DNA of 64,000 nt, taken from Mantamonas sphyraenae STR306. Its lineage: Eukaryota; Protista; CRuMs. Both the position numbers and the translations under genes were made by a program. The stretch is from contig JAPMXV010000045.1 of NCBI GenBank assembly GCA_026936335.1, forward strand, positions 248,001-312,000, given 5' to 3'. The notes beneath the pieces are model-generated. The model searched no databases and was not told where the DNA came from. It was given only the letters and a program-made list of their open reading frames with translations. Below are positions 33,619-44,776 of the stretch, piece after piece. The first letter of the stretch is position 1, and the number at the start of each line of letters is the position of its first letter.

Positions 33619-35907
33619 TCAGGAATGGCTCTGGGCGATGGGTGGGAGCTGGTTGACGGAGCTGCTTGTCTTTGCCTTGCTCTTGCCCGAGGTGCTGCTG
33701 CTGCTGCTGCTGCTGGTGTGATGTTTCCTGCTCTTGCGGTGGCCTCGATAGTACTTGGAGGTGCGGGACTCGCGATTCGTGGAGTGGCCCTCGAGGATCC
33801 ACTCGTGCTTGAGGGCTGCGTCGGGAGTGATTCGGTCGCTGGGGTCCCACGCCAGGCAGACCTCCAGGAAACTGATAAACAGGGGGTCGTTGCAGCGCAC
33901 GGCGGTGACGAGATCCTTGGTGCCCGGACGGCGCTTCTTGCCGCGGGAGTTTGTGACTACACGCGGATTGCCGCTGCTGTCAAAGAAGAGTTTCTTGCGC
34001 GACGAGGCGTCCACCAGCTTCTTGGGTGGCACGCCGAGGATCTCCATGATGCAAGCGAGCTGTTCCACCTCGTTCTCTCCCGGAAACAGCGGGTAGCCCG
34101 TGTACAGCTCGGCGAGGATGCAACCGAGGGACCACATGTCGATGGGGCAGCCGTACGGCAAGCCAAGGATGACCTCGGGGGAGCGGTAGAAGCGCGACTG
34201 GATGTATGTGTACACGCGCTCGTTCTCAAAGCAGCTGCTGCCAAAGTCGATGACCTTGATTCCACTCTTGTTGGGGTGCTTGAGCAGCACGTTTTCGGGC
34301 TTGAGATCGCAGTGGATAATGCTCTCCTTGGCCAGGAAGCGCAGGGAGTGAAGCAGCTGGATGCAGAATCGACGAATAAGACCCAGGGAAAAGCCCTGGA
34401 AATGGTTGTTCTTGATAAACTCGTAGAGGTTGATGGAAAGGAGTTCAAAGGTGATGCACAGGTGATTGCGGAAGTAGAAGGACTCGTGCATGGTGATGTT
34501 GCACACGTTGTCCTCCTCCGAGGCATGGCTCTTGAGGTGGTCGAGGATCTTGACTTCCACCAGGGCCTGGTGATGGAAGCGCTTCTTGTTGCGGATGATC
34601 TTGAGGGCGACAAAGGCGTTCTCCTTGTAGTCGTAGCATTTGACGACCTGGCCGAACGAACCCTTGCCGAGCAACGAAAGAATCTCGTAGCGATAGGCGA
34701 GGTGGTCGTGCTGTACAATGAGGTAATCGCCGCGTTCGTCATCAAAGCCGTGGTTGTTTGTGCCCGTGCCGCTGCGCGACTTGGCCTGCACCTGGCCGAC
34801 AAAGTGCACCTGCTGGAACTCGAGGATTTCACCCTGTTCGTAGCTGGTGAGCAGATCGCCGTGCAGGCGGATGGCTGCAGCCGGGGTCAGGGGCGAGTTG
34901 GACGACGATTGCAGGCCGCCGCCGCCTGAAGAGGACCCGGATGCGCGATACTTGCGGTCATTGTTCCATTTGGCCATGGAGGAAGAGCCACCCGAGGTGG
35001 AGTTGCCCGATGAGGAGGAAGACATGCCTGCGCCGACATTGGACGACGAGGAGGAGCCTGCGTTCTTTTTGTTGGAGCTGCCGCTGCCACCGCCGCCGCC
35101 GCTCGACGTCCCTCCTCCGCTCGCACCGTTGCTGCCGCTGCTGTTGGAGCTTCCTGTGGACGACCCGGCGGCAGGGAGGCCTGTGCCTGTGGTGGAGGAT
35201 GGTTGGTAGCCCGAGTAGGATGTGCGCTGTTCACGACGGCGAGACGAACCCGACTGCGAAACGAAACGGCAAAGACGGCAAAGGCAAAACGGGCAACACG
35301 CAGACGCCACACGCGGGACGGACAGGTGTGAGCAGACAACAATGGGATGAATGGGAAGTTGAACACGAGGCCATGGCCATGGAGTGCATCCAAGGCGGAT
35401 GGAGGGCAACATGGACGGTGTCGGGCCATGTGGAGCCGGCGACCGTTGCACACACAAAAACACCCAGGGCCTCCTTACCTTTTTCAGGCCGGTGCCTGAC
35501 GACGAAACCCCTGCGTGCGACCCGGATCCAGAGGAGGTGGACATGATGTGTGAGGAGCTGCTGCTGTGCGAGCTGCTGCCCGTGGACCGCTTTCGCGAGC
35601 TGTGCAGGCCACACAAACGCGAGGAGGGGTTAGCCAAACGTCTGGACGGGTTGATCGCAACGCCCAAGGCGCTCACAATGAGAGCGACGGGCGAGCGGGC
35701 GGGTGGCGTTGGTTGGGAAAGGAGCAAGCGGGATTGGACACGTGATCGCAGGTGTGTATGGACGGGGTGGGGGCTGCTGGAAAGGCTGACGTACCTGCGA
35801 TGTGTGCTGCCGCCGTTTGTGGACTGCCCTTGCGAACCCGCACTGGTGCCACTGATCCCCATGCCACTGGTGGTGTAGCTAAGCTTGGGCAAGCCGTTGG
35901 ATGACAT
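33619..35907 (-). CDS. DYRK2/3/4-class dual-specificity kinase, probably 3 exons
   Basis: [11 protein letters not shown] (DH box), [38 protein letters not shown]. Probable introns 35600-35794 and 35254-35478. Confidence 0.93.
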   Translation of the reverse strand: MSSNGLPKLSYTTSGMGISGTSAGSQGQSTNGGSTHRRYVSLSSSPHPVHTHLRSRVQSRLLLSQPTPPARSPVALIVSALGVAINPSRRLANPSSRLCGLHSSRKRSTGSSSHSSSSSHIMSTSSGSGSHAGVSSSGTGLKKVRRPWVFLCVQRSPAPHGPTPSMLPSIRLGCTPWPWPRVQLPIHPIVVCSHLSVPRVASACCPFCLCRLCRFVSQSGSSRRREQRTSYSGYQPSSTTGTGLPAAGSSTGSSNSSGSNGASGGGTSSGGGGGSGSSNKKNAGSSSSSNVGAGMSSSSSGNSTSGGSSSMAKWNNDRKYRASGSSSGGGGLQSSSNSPLTPAAAIRLHGDLLTSYEQGEILEFQQVHFVGQVQAKSRSGTGTNNHGFDDERGDYLIVQHDHLAYRYEILSLLGKGSFGQVVKCYDYKENAFVALKIIRNKKRFHHQALVEVKILDHLKSHASEEDNVCNITMHESFYFRNHLCITFELLSINLYEFIKNNHFQGFSLGLIRRFCIQLLHSLRFLAKESIIHCDLKPENVLLKHPNKSGIKVIDFGSSCFENERVYTYIQSRFYRSPEVILGLPYGCPIDMWSLGCILAELYTGYPLFPGENEVEQLACIMEILGVPPKKLVDASSRKKLFFDSSGNPRVVTNSRGKKRRPGTKDLVTAVRCNDPLFISFLEVCLAWDPSDRITPDAALKHEWILEGHSTNRESRTSKYYRGHRKSRKHHTSSSSSSSTSGKSKAKTSSSVNQLPPIAQSHS

Positions 35908-36143
35908 CTGCTGCTGCTATTGCTGGGGCGGGGATCTGTTGGTGGGATGGGCGACGCGCAGACGGCAGCAAAACAAACACAACAACAACTACCAACGGAC
36001 GAATGTAAGGGACACAGAGCAGAGGACACACGCAAACACAATGAGAGGGAGCGGTGTCTGACACCCCAGCGTGGATTGGTGATCACCCGTGGCGTGCTGG
36101 GACACACACACACACACACACACAACACACACACAGGAGCAGC

Positions 36144-37627
36144 ATGGGCGGGGACGACTTGTTTCAGAAGGTGAAGTCGCCTACCAAGAAGCAATTGAGT
36201 AAGAAGAACTCGCTTTTGAGCGTGGAGGACGAGGAGGGCAACAGCAGCAACAGCAGCAGCAACGAAAACGCAAACAGCAGCGACGACGAAATCATTATCG
36301 ACAACGGCAATCTGGATCTGGGCGATCCGCAGTCGCTGCTGGACTCGTACAAGCACCCGCTGCAGGACACGTGGGTCATGTGGTACGACCAGGCCACCAA
36401 GAAGACAGATCAGGGCAACTGGCTGGACAACCTGAAGACGGTCTGCGAGTTTTCTTACGTGGAGGATTTCTGGGCGTGAGTTTCCTCCTGAGCGGGTGTG
36501 ACGAGGGGTACCCCCAAAACACAGGCACACAGGCACGGTACACACACATACACACGCATGCGCACCACCCATGGTTGTGCTATGCGGACACGGACTTTGC
36601 TGCAGGCAGCATGGGGCCACAGACGATGTGAGGCGGAACGTGGCCGCGGAATGGACCGACGTCCGGCGACGGCATTTTGGCCAATTCCCCTCCTCGTCCG
36701 TCGGCCTTGGGCAGCCGCAGCCGGGTCCGCGTCCGAGCACACTGCAGAGACGCATCCAGGCCACAGTGTGTGAGCGTGTGCTGTGCATGCCCCACCTGCT
36801 GCGACGTACACCTGCGTCGGAGCGGTGCGGACCAAGTGGGTGTGTGGGCCAGTGGGGCATTTTTCTGCATGCCCTCGCAGGCAACCACACGCCTAGAGGC
36901 GGGTGCGGCACACAGACACAGGGCTCCAGGCGTGGGTATAGCTTCATATGCATGCCTGGGGTGGGCGATGGAATGTGTCGATGCATGGATGAGCTGTGTG
37001 AGCTGTGTCCACGTGCGGCCGGACGGCGGACGCAGAAGTGGCAGGGGCCAAACTCGCGTCCGCCGTGGAGTCCAAGTGGGCGCAGCAAGTGGAGGGATGG
37101 TACCCCTGTGATGCAGACATACAGAGAGGGATGGAGACGAGCGGTGGATGTGAGAGGGAGGCTGACACGAGCGTGCGCACACATGCAGCATGTACAACCA
37201 CCTGGTTGTGCCCAGCAAACTGTCAATGGGGGCCAACTACCACTGCTTCCGCAAGGGTATCATTCCTGCTTGGGAGCAGGAGGCCAACAAGAACGGTGGC
37301 AAGTGGATTTACACAATCCGCAAGGAGAACAAGCACTCGCTGGACGATCTGTGGCTGGGCACGGTCCTGGCATGCATTGGCGACCAGTTTGACGGCGCCG
37401 ACGAAGTCAACGGTGCTGTGATGAGCATTCGCTCCAAGGGCGACAAGATTTGCCTGTGGACAAAGACGGCGAGCGACGAGGACATCACCCGTCGCATGGG
37501 AACCATTTTCAAGACGGTCCTGGGCCTGGAGCTGCAGGACACAAAGCATAAGATCACCTACCAAATCCACAGCGATGCCATGCGACGTGGCACCAGCTAC
37601 AACAACAAGGCACGCCTGGAGCTGTAA
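36144..37627 (+). CDS. EIF4E: Translation initiation factor eIF4E (class I-like), 2 exons
   Basis: Exons 36144-36475 and 37189-37627. HPLQDTWVMWY, VEDFWAMYNH, YHCFRKGIIPAWE..NKNGGKW, GAVMSIR..DKICLWT. Confidence 0.93.
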
Positions 37628-37734
37628 ACAGCCCAGGTTGGGGCGGCGACACACAACGCAACACTTTCTCTCTCTTTTCAGAACAAAGCATCATCTCTCG
37701 CTCTCTTTCTGCGATAGCGTGTCCACCACCATCC

Positions 37735-40088
37735 ATGTCGAGATTGCCAACGTCTGCATCGACGAATGTTGCTGAACGCGTCCTGCAGTCGCAAATCGAC
37801 GGCAAGCGCAGGACTTCTTCCATCTCAGTCCTGCCTCACCTACGCCTGGGGCCCCTTCAGGATGCCATGTGGGCCAACTGCTACGGTGCGTGACGACAAT
37901 ACGGGGATATGGGGAACGGGGGGCAGAGGGAGGGGATAGGTGCTGAACTGACACCCAGCTTGTCCGTGTGTGCACAGCGGTGCGATGGGGAAATAGCTCC
38001 CAGGCCTTGGCACTGGACCAGGTGACACTTGGCTCTGTGCATGTGGTTAACCACGCCACAGGAAGCTGCCAACGCATGGACATGCGAGAGTTTACAGAGG
38101 ACGAAGGAGAGCACGGGGGCCTCTGCTTCACGGAGCGTGATCACAGGCTTTTCCGCCGACCCAGCACGGTGTTTTTCAGTATGGGCGACGTGGAAACAGG
38201 CAAACAGGTGAACAAAGTGCGTGTGCGGTGGGCCCGTGCCTACTCCGGCGTCTCCCAGGGCTATGCAGTGACCGGGGACACCGTGTTCTTCGGGTTTGGT
38301 GAATCCGTGGGCGTGTGGGACGTGCGCCAGCGTGCGTGCATGCCGCTTGTGACACAAATGCCCCCCGAGCCGCTGCAAGACTCGCCATTGCGTGGCTTGT
38401 GGGCCGATCGAGCAGGCAGCACCGTTGTGGGTGTCGGGGCAGAGGGCGACGTCAATGTGTGGGATGTTCGCAAGGGCAAACGGCGCCTTCAGGCCCTCTC
38501 GCAGTTTGGAGACCTGCGTTCGTTGGCTGTGGACAGCAACGAGCATATGGTGTGGATTTGGAGTGGATCATACATCGAGGGAGTGGAGCTGCGTCATCTG
38601 CTGTCGTGCAATGGCCAGTCGAGGGGTTATGTCGAGCTGACCGATTTGCCGTCGTACAGAGAGCTGAATTCAGACACGTTGGAGGAGCCCGTGGAATGGG
38701 TTGCGTGTGCGCCTTTGCATGTGGGCTTTGTGAGTGACGAGAGCTGCCTCGTGACGTCGCAGGGGGATGTGGTACGTTGCGACACGGGCGACTTGGTGAC
38801 GCCCGACTGGATGCGAGAGGTGCACGGGGAGCATTCGATGAGCGTTGCGTGGAGTGCATACGACGACACAGTGGCCATTCCGTACCTTGGCCAAGGCATA
38901 CGGATGGCCGGGATTGGCCGTCCGCAATTGCCCAGGAAACCACGCCACGACGACGACGAGCATGGACCCCATCAAACTGACGATTCGATGCTGCACGAAG
39001 CGATTTCGCAAAGCTGGGAGTTGACGGGGGAGACAGACTTTGACACGTGTTCGGGAGAGCTGGAGGCAGCCGCAGCCGCGTACGATCCGTCGCGGCTGGT
39101 GGATTCAAGAGGGATCATGACGGTAATGCAGTGTCTCACGTGCAGGGAACACATGGGAGAGTATGTGGCGCTGTGTGCGGCATGTGGCAACTCGTGCCAC
39201 GCTGGCCACGAGCTGCAGAATCTGGGTAGGAAGCGCAATGTGCTGTGTGACTGCGGCACCGATCGTTGCATGGACAGGTGTGTGTTGGCTGGTCCAAATG
39301 AGCAGGAGCTCACGCAGGAGGAAGCGGCGTACTTGGAAGCCAAAGGGGTGCAACGGGTGGCTCGGAACGCGGAGGAGGTGTACGATCACAACTTTGAAGG
39401 GCGTTGGTGCGTGTGCAGTGGGCCGGAGAGACAGGCAGAGGCGTCGATGGTGCAATGTGTCCAGTGTATGGATTGGTTCCACAGCGACTGCATGGGCTTT
39501 GCGGCAGATGGGGTGCTGATGATGATGATGGACCGCCTGGACATAGAATTTCACTGCAACGCGTGTGTTGAGTCCAACGAAGAGATGCAACCGCTTCGTG
39601 ACATGCCCAACGACAGGGCGTACCAGTCTCTGGTTCAGGAAGAGGGGGGTTTGGCCATGTTGCCTCGTGCACACCTGGCAAGCCAGCACGGAGATGAGCC
39701 TGGATTTGGCCTGTGGGTCAATGGCGGCGTGTTTCTGCCCACAATGATGGGTGCACGCTACACGCAGCAGTTGAGGGCTGCTGGGTTGTTGGAACGCTTG
39801 TGGCAGGATGGCCATGAGCAACGGGAAGGCGAGCAGCAAGACGACATGGACACAGAAAACAGCGGAGGCAATGCCTCACAGACACTGGGAATGACAATCG
39901 AGGGCGACAGTGACACGCGAGACACACGGGACCGTCTTGCGTCCTTGTTTGTGGGCATCTTTCAGCAGCTGCCAACCGACACGGGCACGGTGACCGGGGA
40001 CGACATTCGGGCGGCCTTGAATGTGTTGCGGACGAGAAGGGGCCGAGGAGAAGATGATGCAGAGCAAAATGGGGAGCAGGATGAGTGA
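37735..40088 (+). CDS. WD40-like + UBR-box + PHD protein (UBR7-like module at C-terminus), 2 exons
   Basis: Exon 37735-37885, intron GTGCGT..CACAG 37886-37977. VGVWDVR/VNVWDVRKG repeats; CLTC..ALCAACGNSCHAGHEL..KRNVLCDCG; YDHNFEGRWCVC..MVQCVQCMDWFHSDC..FHCNACV. Confidence 0.82.
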
Positions 40089-40549
40089 GTGATGGACGCC
40101 ACAGCATGGGCAGATGCCATCCAGGGCGCCGACGATCTGGAAACAACCAACAAGAGCGGCGTTGAGATCGTTGCATAGTGCCTACCCCCCAAATGAACAT
40201 TGTTTTATAGAGAGAAAGAGAGAGATAAAGATGGTGTGTGTGGTGTGGGTGTGTGAGTGTACAGCCAGACGGTGTTTCTGGAACCCATCCCTCGGTGTCG
40301 GTGTGTGATCACTCCACACCACACCACTGCACACACGTCCACCCCATCCCCAATCCCCCACCCCCCTTTTCACCCACACACCACCCCCAATCTGCCTTTC
40401 TCCTCGCCCCTTATCTTCCTAACCTCCCCTGGCTAGTGCCCCACACCCGATGAATTCCCCCGTTATCCTCTCCCGGTGCCGTCAAAACCAAACGCGCCTC
40501 ACCCGCTCCATCCACCCCAACCCAATCAGGAAAACACACACAAAACACA

Positions 40550-41592
40550 ATGACTGAATACAAGTGCGTTGTTGTCGGCGGCGGTGGTGTGGGCAAGTCT
40601 GCCCTGACCATCCAGCTGATCCAGAACTCGTTCGTGGACGAGTACGACCCGACCATTGGTGAGTTTCAACGGCAAGTCGGTTGCGCGGGGAGACGGACGC
40701 CGGGACGCGGTGGATGGCATTGGAGGGAGAAGAGGGCGGAGAGAGGTGCATGGATGGGACGGGGATGGAGAGAGGGAGAAATGGAAGGTGTGGGGGAAGG
40801 GACAGGTGGGCAGGGAAGTGGAGGTGGGGCGCGGGTTCCCTGAATTGCGCTTTTTTTCGAGGGTGGGCACATGTGGATAAGGCTGTGGAGAACACAGGCG
40901 GGGGCGAGACGAGGGCGACGGAAGGTGCATGGATGTGTGGAGGGTGTGGCAGACGGGGCAGGAGGACATGTGGGGAGGACATGGGATGTGTGTGTACTTG
41001 GCAGGAGGGTGTTTTGTTTGTGAAGGGGCGAGTGGAGAGATTTCCCTCTTGGGCAAAGTTTGGGGCGCCGGGAGGCGGATGGAGAGGAAGATTGACAGGG
41101 AAACTGACACACATGGGGACGTGGGTGGTGGCACGTACAGAGGATTCGTACCGCAAGCAGGTGACGATCGATGACGAGTCGTGTCTGCTGGACATCCTGG
41201 ACACGGCTGGCCAGGAGGAGTACGCAGCTATGCGTGACGGTTACATGCGCAGTGGCGAAGGCTTCCTGTGTGTGTACTCGATCACGTCGCGCTCGTCGTT
41301 TGACGAAATCCCTGCCTTCCGCGAGCAGATTCTGCGCGTGAAGGACCAGGACCAGGTGCCGATGGTCATCATTGGCAACAAGTGCGATTTGGACCACGAG
41401 CGTCAGGTGACGACTGCTGAGGGCAAGGACCTGGCCAAGTCGTTTGGCTGCCCGCACATGGAGGGATCTGCCAAGGCTCGCATCAACGTGGAGGAGTCGT
41501 TCTTTGAGCTGGTGCGCGAGATCCGCAAGGCTCGTGCTGGCGGCGACAAGGTGGACACCAAGAAGAAGAAGAAGAAGTGCCTGATCCTGTAA
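40550..41592 (+). CDS. RAS: Ras GTPase copy B (intact), 2 exons
   Basis: Exons 40550-40658 and 41141-41592. [44 protein letters not shown], polybasic [10 protein letters not shown]. Confidence 0.96.
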
Positions 41593-41696
41593 ATGAAGTT
41601 CAGTGAAGTTCAGTGAAAGGTGAAGCATTTGTTGTTGGTGTTGATGATAGCGTGTGTGCGGGACAGGAAAAAGCTGGGGGGTTTGCTCCATCCCTC

Positions 41697-42620
41697 TCAG
41701 TCCAGGTACTGCAGCACGTTCTTCACAAAGTTCTCCTTGTCGTGCACCCAGTCCATGTGTGTGACGTCGCCAAACACCTTAAAGTGAGCCCTGCCCTGTT
41801 CGTACATGCCTCGGAGGCCGATGGTGTCGTTGAGCCACAGCGGCTGCAGATCCGGTGGGCTGTAGTCCATCCACTTGTCATAAAAGGCAAACTGTGATGA
41901 GTACCAGGGAATGATGATGCCGTCTTGGGGACTGCCAAACAGATACACGTTCTTGATGGCCTCAAAGTTGGCCTTGTACCGTGCGGTGTTGTTGTGCGGC
42001 ACCACGTTGTTCATCACTGGCAGGTACACGCAGTCGCGCAGGTACTGCTGCGGCAGCTTCGAGTCGTGCCAGTATTGGGCAAAGGAAAAGTGCTCTTGGC
42101 CCTCTTTGGTGTAAAGGAGCTCGGTTACGGCGTCCACTCCCAGCCCGGGGAAGAAACGCCACACCATCTCATCCACACCATACACTCCCTGCTGTACGCC
42201 AGCAAACGACAGGAAGTTCTGCACCTTGTGACCGTCCCACTGCTGGATGGCCGCGCGAATCAACAACCCTCCCTGGCTGTGCCCAATCACGTGGTACCCG
42301 TCTTCAAAGTCGCTTGCGTTGTATCCCGGGTGTTTCCCGCTCACAATGTCCTTCACCAGTGCCAATGCGTCTGCCGTCTGCTCAGTCATTGGCTTGAAAA
42401 CGCTTGCGTCTTTGTTGTCCACGTCCAACTGCACCGTCACTGTGCCCGGGTGCAGCTCGTCCACCCACTGGACAAGGTCGTCAAAGTCGTGGAAGGACCC
42501 TGTGATGCCATGCATCATGATGATGGGTTTGTATGCACACACCGAGCCCAGCATGCAGGCCAGCAACAGCAGACACGCGCGTTCGGTCCGTTTCTTGCTC
42601 GCCGCTTGTGTCCACGCCAT
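41697..42620 (-). CDS. Palmitoyl-protein thioesterase, copy B
   Basis: Same 924-nt ORF as copy A; His region reads VTHMDW. Confidence 0.9.
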   Translation of the reverse strand: MAWTQAASKKRTERACLLLLACMLGSVCAYKPIIMMHGITGSFHDFDDLVQWVDELHPGTVTVQLDVDNKDASVFKPMTEQTADALALVKDIVSGKHPGYNASDFEDGYHVIGHSQGGLLIRAAIQQWDGHKVQNFLSFAGVQQGVYGVDEMVWRFFPGLGVDAVTELLYTKEGQEHFSFAQYWHDSKLPQQYLRDCVYLPVMNNVVPHNNTARYKANFEAIKNVYLFGSPQDGIIIPWYSSQFAFYDKWMDYSPPDLQPLWLNDTIGLRGMYEQGRAHFKVFGDVTHMDWVHDKENFVKNVLQYLD

Positions 42621-42841
42621 TTCCCTGTGTTGGTTGATTGTTGGTCCAGCCATCGCACATGGCCAGGAATGGAAGGGGCATGGTGCACGTGCACAGGGAT
42701 GTGTCTGCAGACCCATTGCCCAATGTACCTCTTCATTGCAGGCACACGTCACCCGTTCGTTCCTCAACATCCATCCTCCATCCTCCTCACTCCCCCCAAC
42801 GCATTCCTCCCCCCAACCTTCCCCCCCCTCGTCCCACCACG

Positions 42842-43864
42842 TCACTGTGCTGCAGCCAGAAACGCGTCGTAATCGGCCCCGACCATCTCATCCGTCTCGA
42901 TATCCGCCAGTTTCTGTGCAGATCCTACGAGTGTCAGTTGTCTCCACCACCTGCCACCTGCCACGTCCTCCTCACCTCCCCACCTTCCCACCTCCACCCT
43001 TCCCCGTCCCCCTACAACTCACATGAAACTCCTTGGGCTTCTTGCCAGAATGTTCCGCAAGAGTCTCGATCACCTCCTTCGCCATTCGCCGCCGCTTCTT
43101 CCAATGGCTCTTGTACGTCTCAAACTGCTTGTCCAGCTCCTCTCGCTCGGCCACAGTGATTGTGTCGCCCTCGCGAGCTCGCTTCAGCCTGTCCTTCAGC
43201 TTTGTGTTCTCCTGCTCCGCTTCCTCGAGCTTCTTGTCCAGCTGGTCGTCCGTCATGCGCGAGTTCAGATCCTTGTTTTCGCTGTTCAGTTTGCCCAGTT
43301 CGGCCTTGGCCTCCTCCACCTTCTTCTTCATCTCTGTAATCGAGTCGTCCAGCTCGTCCAGCTCCTCTGCATCCAGCGTGTCCTTTTTGTCCTGGTTTGC
43401 AAAGTAGATCTTTGACTTGTTGAACTGCTTCATCGTCAGCACCTTTTTGTCCGTCAGCTCGTCCAGCAGCTTCTGCAGCGCAGTCTTGCCCACTGTCCGG
43501 TGCAGATTCTCAAACAACATCTGTGTCGAGTACGGCCGGTTCTTGCTCTCCATATACTCAATCACAGCCGCCTTTGCCTCTGTATTGTCAACCCATGCAC
43601 ACATGCACGTGCCATGTGCGTTCAACCGCCCGTCCCATGCGTGCAAACACGTGTGTCAGCGCAAATTGCTCAGGTGAGCGATTCCACCGTCCACATTCTC
43701 GGGAACCCCTCTCGCTTTTGGCGCCATCGCTCACCCTTTGCGTTCAGCTTCTTTGGCTTGTCCGTCTTGCCCTGAGCGTGTGGTGAAGTCCATGCCCATG
43801 TCGATGTCAGTGTCCACTGTTTCCCACGTACCCCCCATGCACCTCCGTGCGCTGCACTAACCAT
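42842..43864 (-). CDS. HOP2: Homologous-pairing protein HOP2 (TBPIP/PSMC3IP), 4 exons; first coding exon is ATG only
   Basis: Exons 43864-43862, 43771-43735, 43579-43023, 42913-42842. VIEYMESKNRPYS..KTALQKLLDEL..KQFNKSKIYFANQ..WKKRRRM..KKPKEF..IETDE. Confidence 0.88.
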
Positions 43865-43886
43865 CTCGCACCGTTTTCCTTGCCTC

Positions 43887-44690
43887 ATGTCGCGCGCCGT
43901 CTCCTCCGCCGATGATGACGGCTTTGTCACCGTCACCAAGCGCCGTCGCGGCAAGGCCCGACGCAAAAAGGATGCCAGGCGTCAGCAGCGTAGCACAGGC
44001 TCCTCCCTGGCCATGCCTGTGCCCAACGACGACGACTCCGAGGTCGATCCCGAGGCTCTCTTTGCACGCATCGACGCCCGCTGCGCCGAACTGCTCCTCG
44101 ACGACACCTTTGTGGCCGACATCCACGACAGCGTCGACAAGCTGTGCAACACCGTCTGGAAGGATCTGGACAACCTCGCCGTCGTGTGTCTCGGCCTTGG
44201 ATCGCTCGTCGAGCACTGGGTGGCCCACTACCAGGCCGCACTGGTGTCCCACGTCATAGTACCAGCCCTGGTCAAAAACGGAATCCGTCCCACTGTCTCC
44301 ATTTTCGATCCTGTGGCCACCAGCGAGCTGGAAAAGAGCTGCGCCGAGCATTTTGGCTTTGTCCATATGCAGGAGCTCACCTCGTTCCACGCAGAGTCTC
44401 CCACCCTGTATTATATGCCCCACTGTCCCAAAGAGTTGTTTGACGCAGTGCTACTGGCCAATTGGTCCGCAGACGCCCTGTTCCAGCGACTCGTCCTGCT
44501 CGGCAACGACTTTGACACCTATGTGGACCACATGGACGACTATGCACACTTCCAGGCCGCCCTGGCCCTTGTGGACACACGTCTTCCCATCAACAACACA
44601 TGGTCTCCCTTCATCGTGTTTTCCGAGCTGGCCTGGCACACGTTTGCTGGCGACCTGCCTTCCATCGACAACGACGCCGCAGAGACCTGA
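43887..44690 (+). CDS. SRR1: SRR1-domain protein (SRRD/BER1-like)
   Basis: DGFVTVTKRR, VCLGLGS, YQAAL, IFDPV, TLYYMPHCPKELFDAVLLANWS, LLGNDF. Confidence 0.88.
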   Translation: MSRAVSSADDDGFVTVTKRRRGKARRKKDARRQQRSTGSSLAMPVPNDDDSEVDPEALFARIDARCAELLLDDTFVADIHDSVDKLCNTVWKDLDNLAVVCLGLGSLVEHWVAHYQAALVSHVIVPALVKNGIRPTVSIFDPVATSELEKSCAEHFGFVHMQELTSFHAESPTLYYMPHCPKELFDAVLLANWSADALFQRLVLLGNDFDTYVDHMDDYAHFQAALALVDTRLPINNTWSPFIVFSELAWHTFAGDLPSIDNDAAET

Positions 44691-44724
44691 GCGTGGAGAG
44701 CAGCACTGGTGGAATCATTGCGTT

Positions 44725-44734
44725 TCATGCCTCC

Positions 44735-44776
<42 letters not shown>

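Larger units (their letters stand above)
40098..42865 (-). repeat. Inverted segmental duplication, right arm (~2.77 kb)
   Basis: Reverse complement of 29139-31924. Confidence 0.95.

Noticed and set aside
35254-35794. Stop-free 3n introns in DYRK (195 and 225 nt) and RasGAP (108 nt) as regulated intron retention
   Set aside because: Plausible by chance in short GC-rich introns; no supporting evidence without RNA data.
29139-42865. Inverted repeats as transposon ends, or PPT as a Ras depalmitoylase module
   Set aside because: No transposase or target-site duplication was seen and the arms consist of host genes. The PPT has a signal peptide (lumenal), and this Ras uses a polybasic-CaaX anchor with no adjacent palmitoylation Cys.
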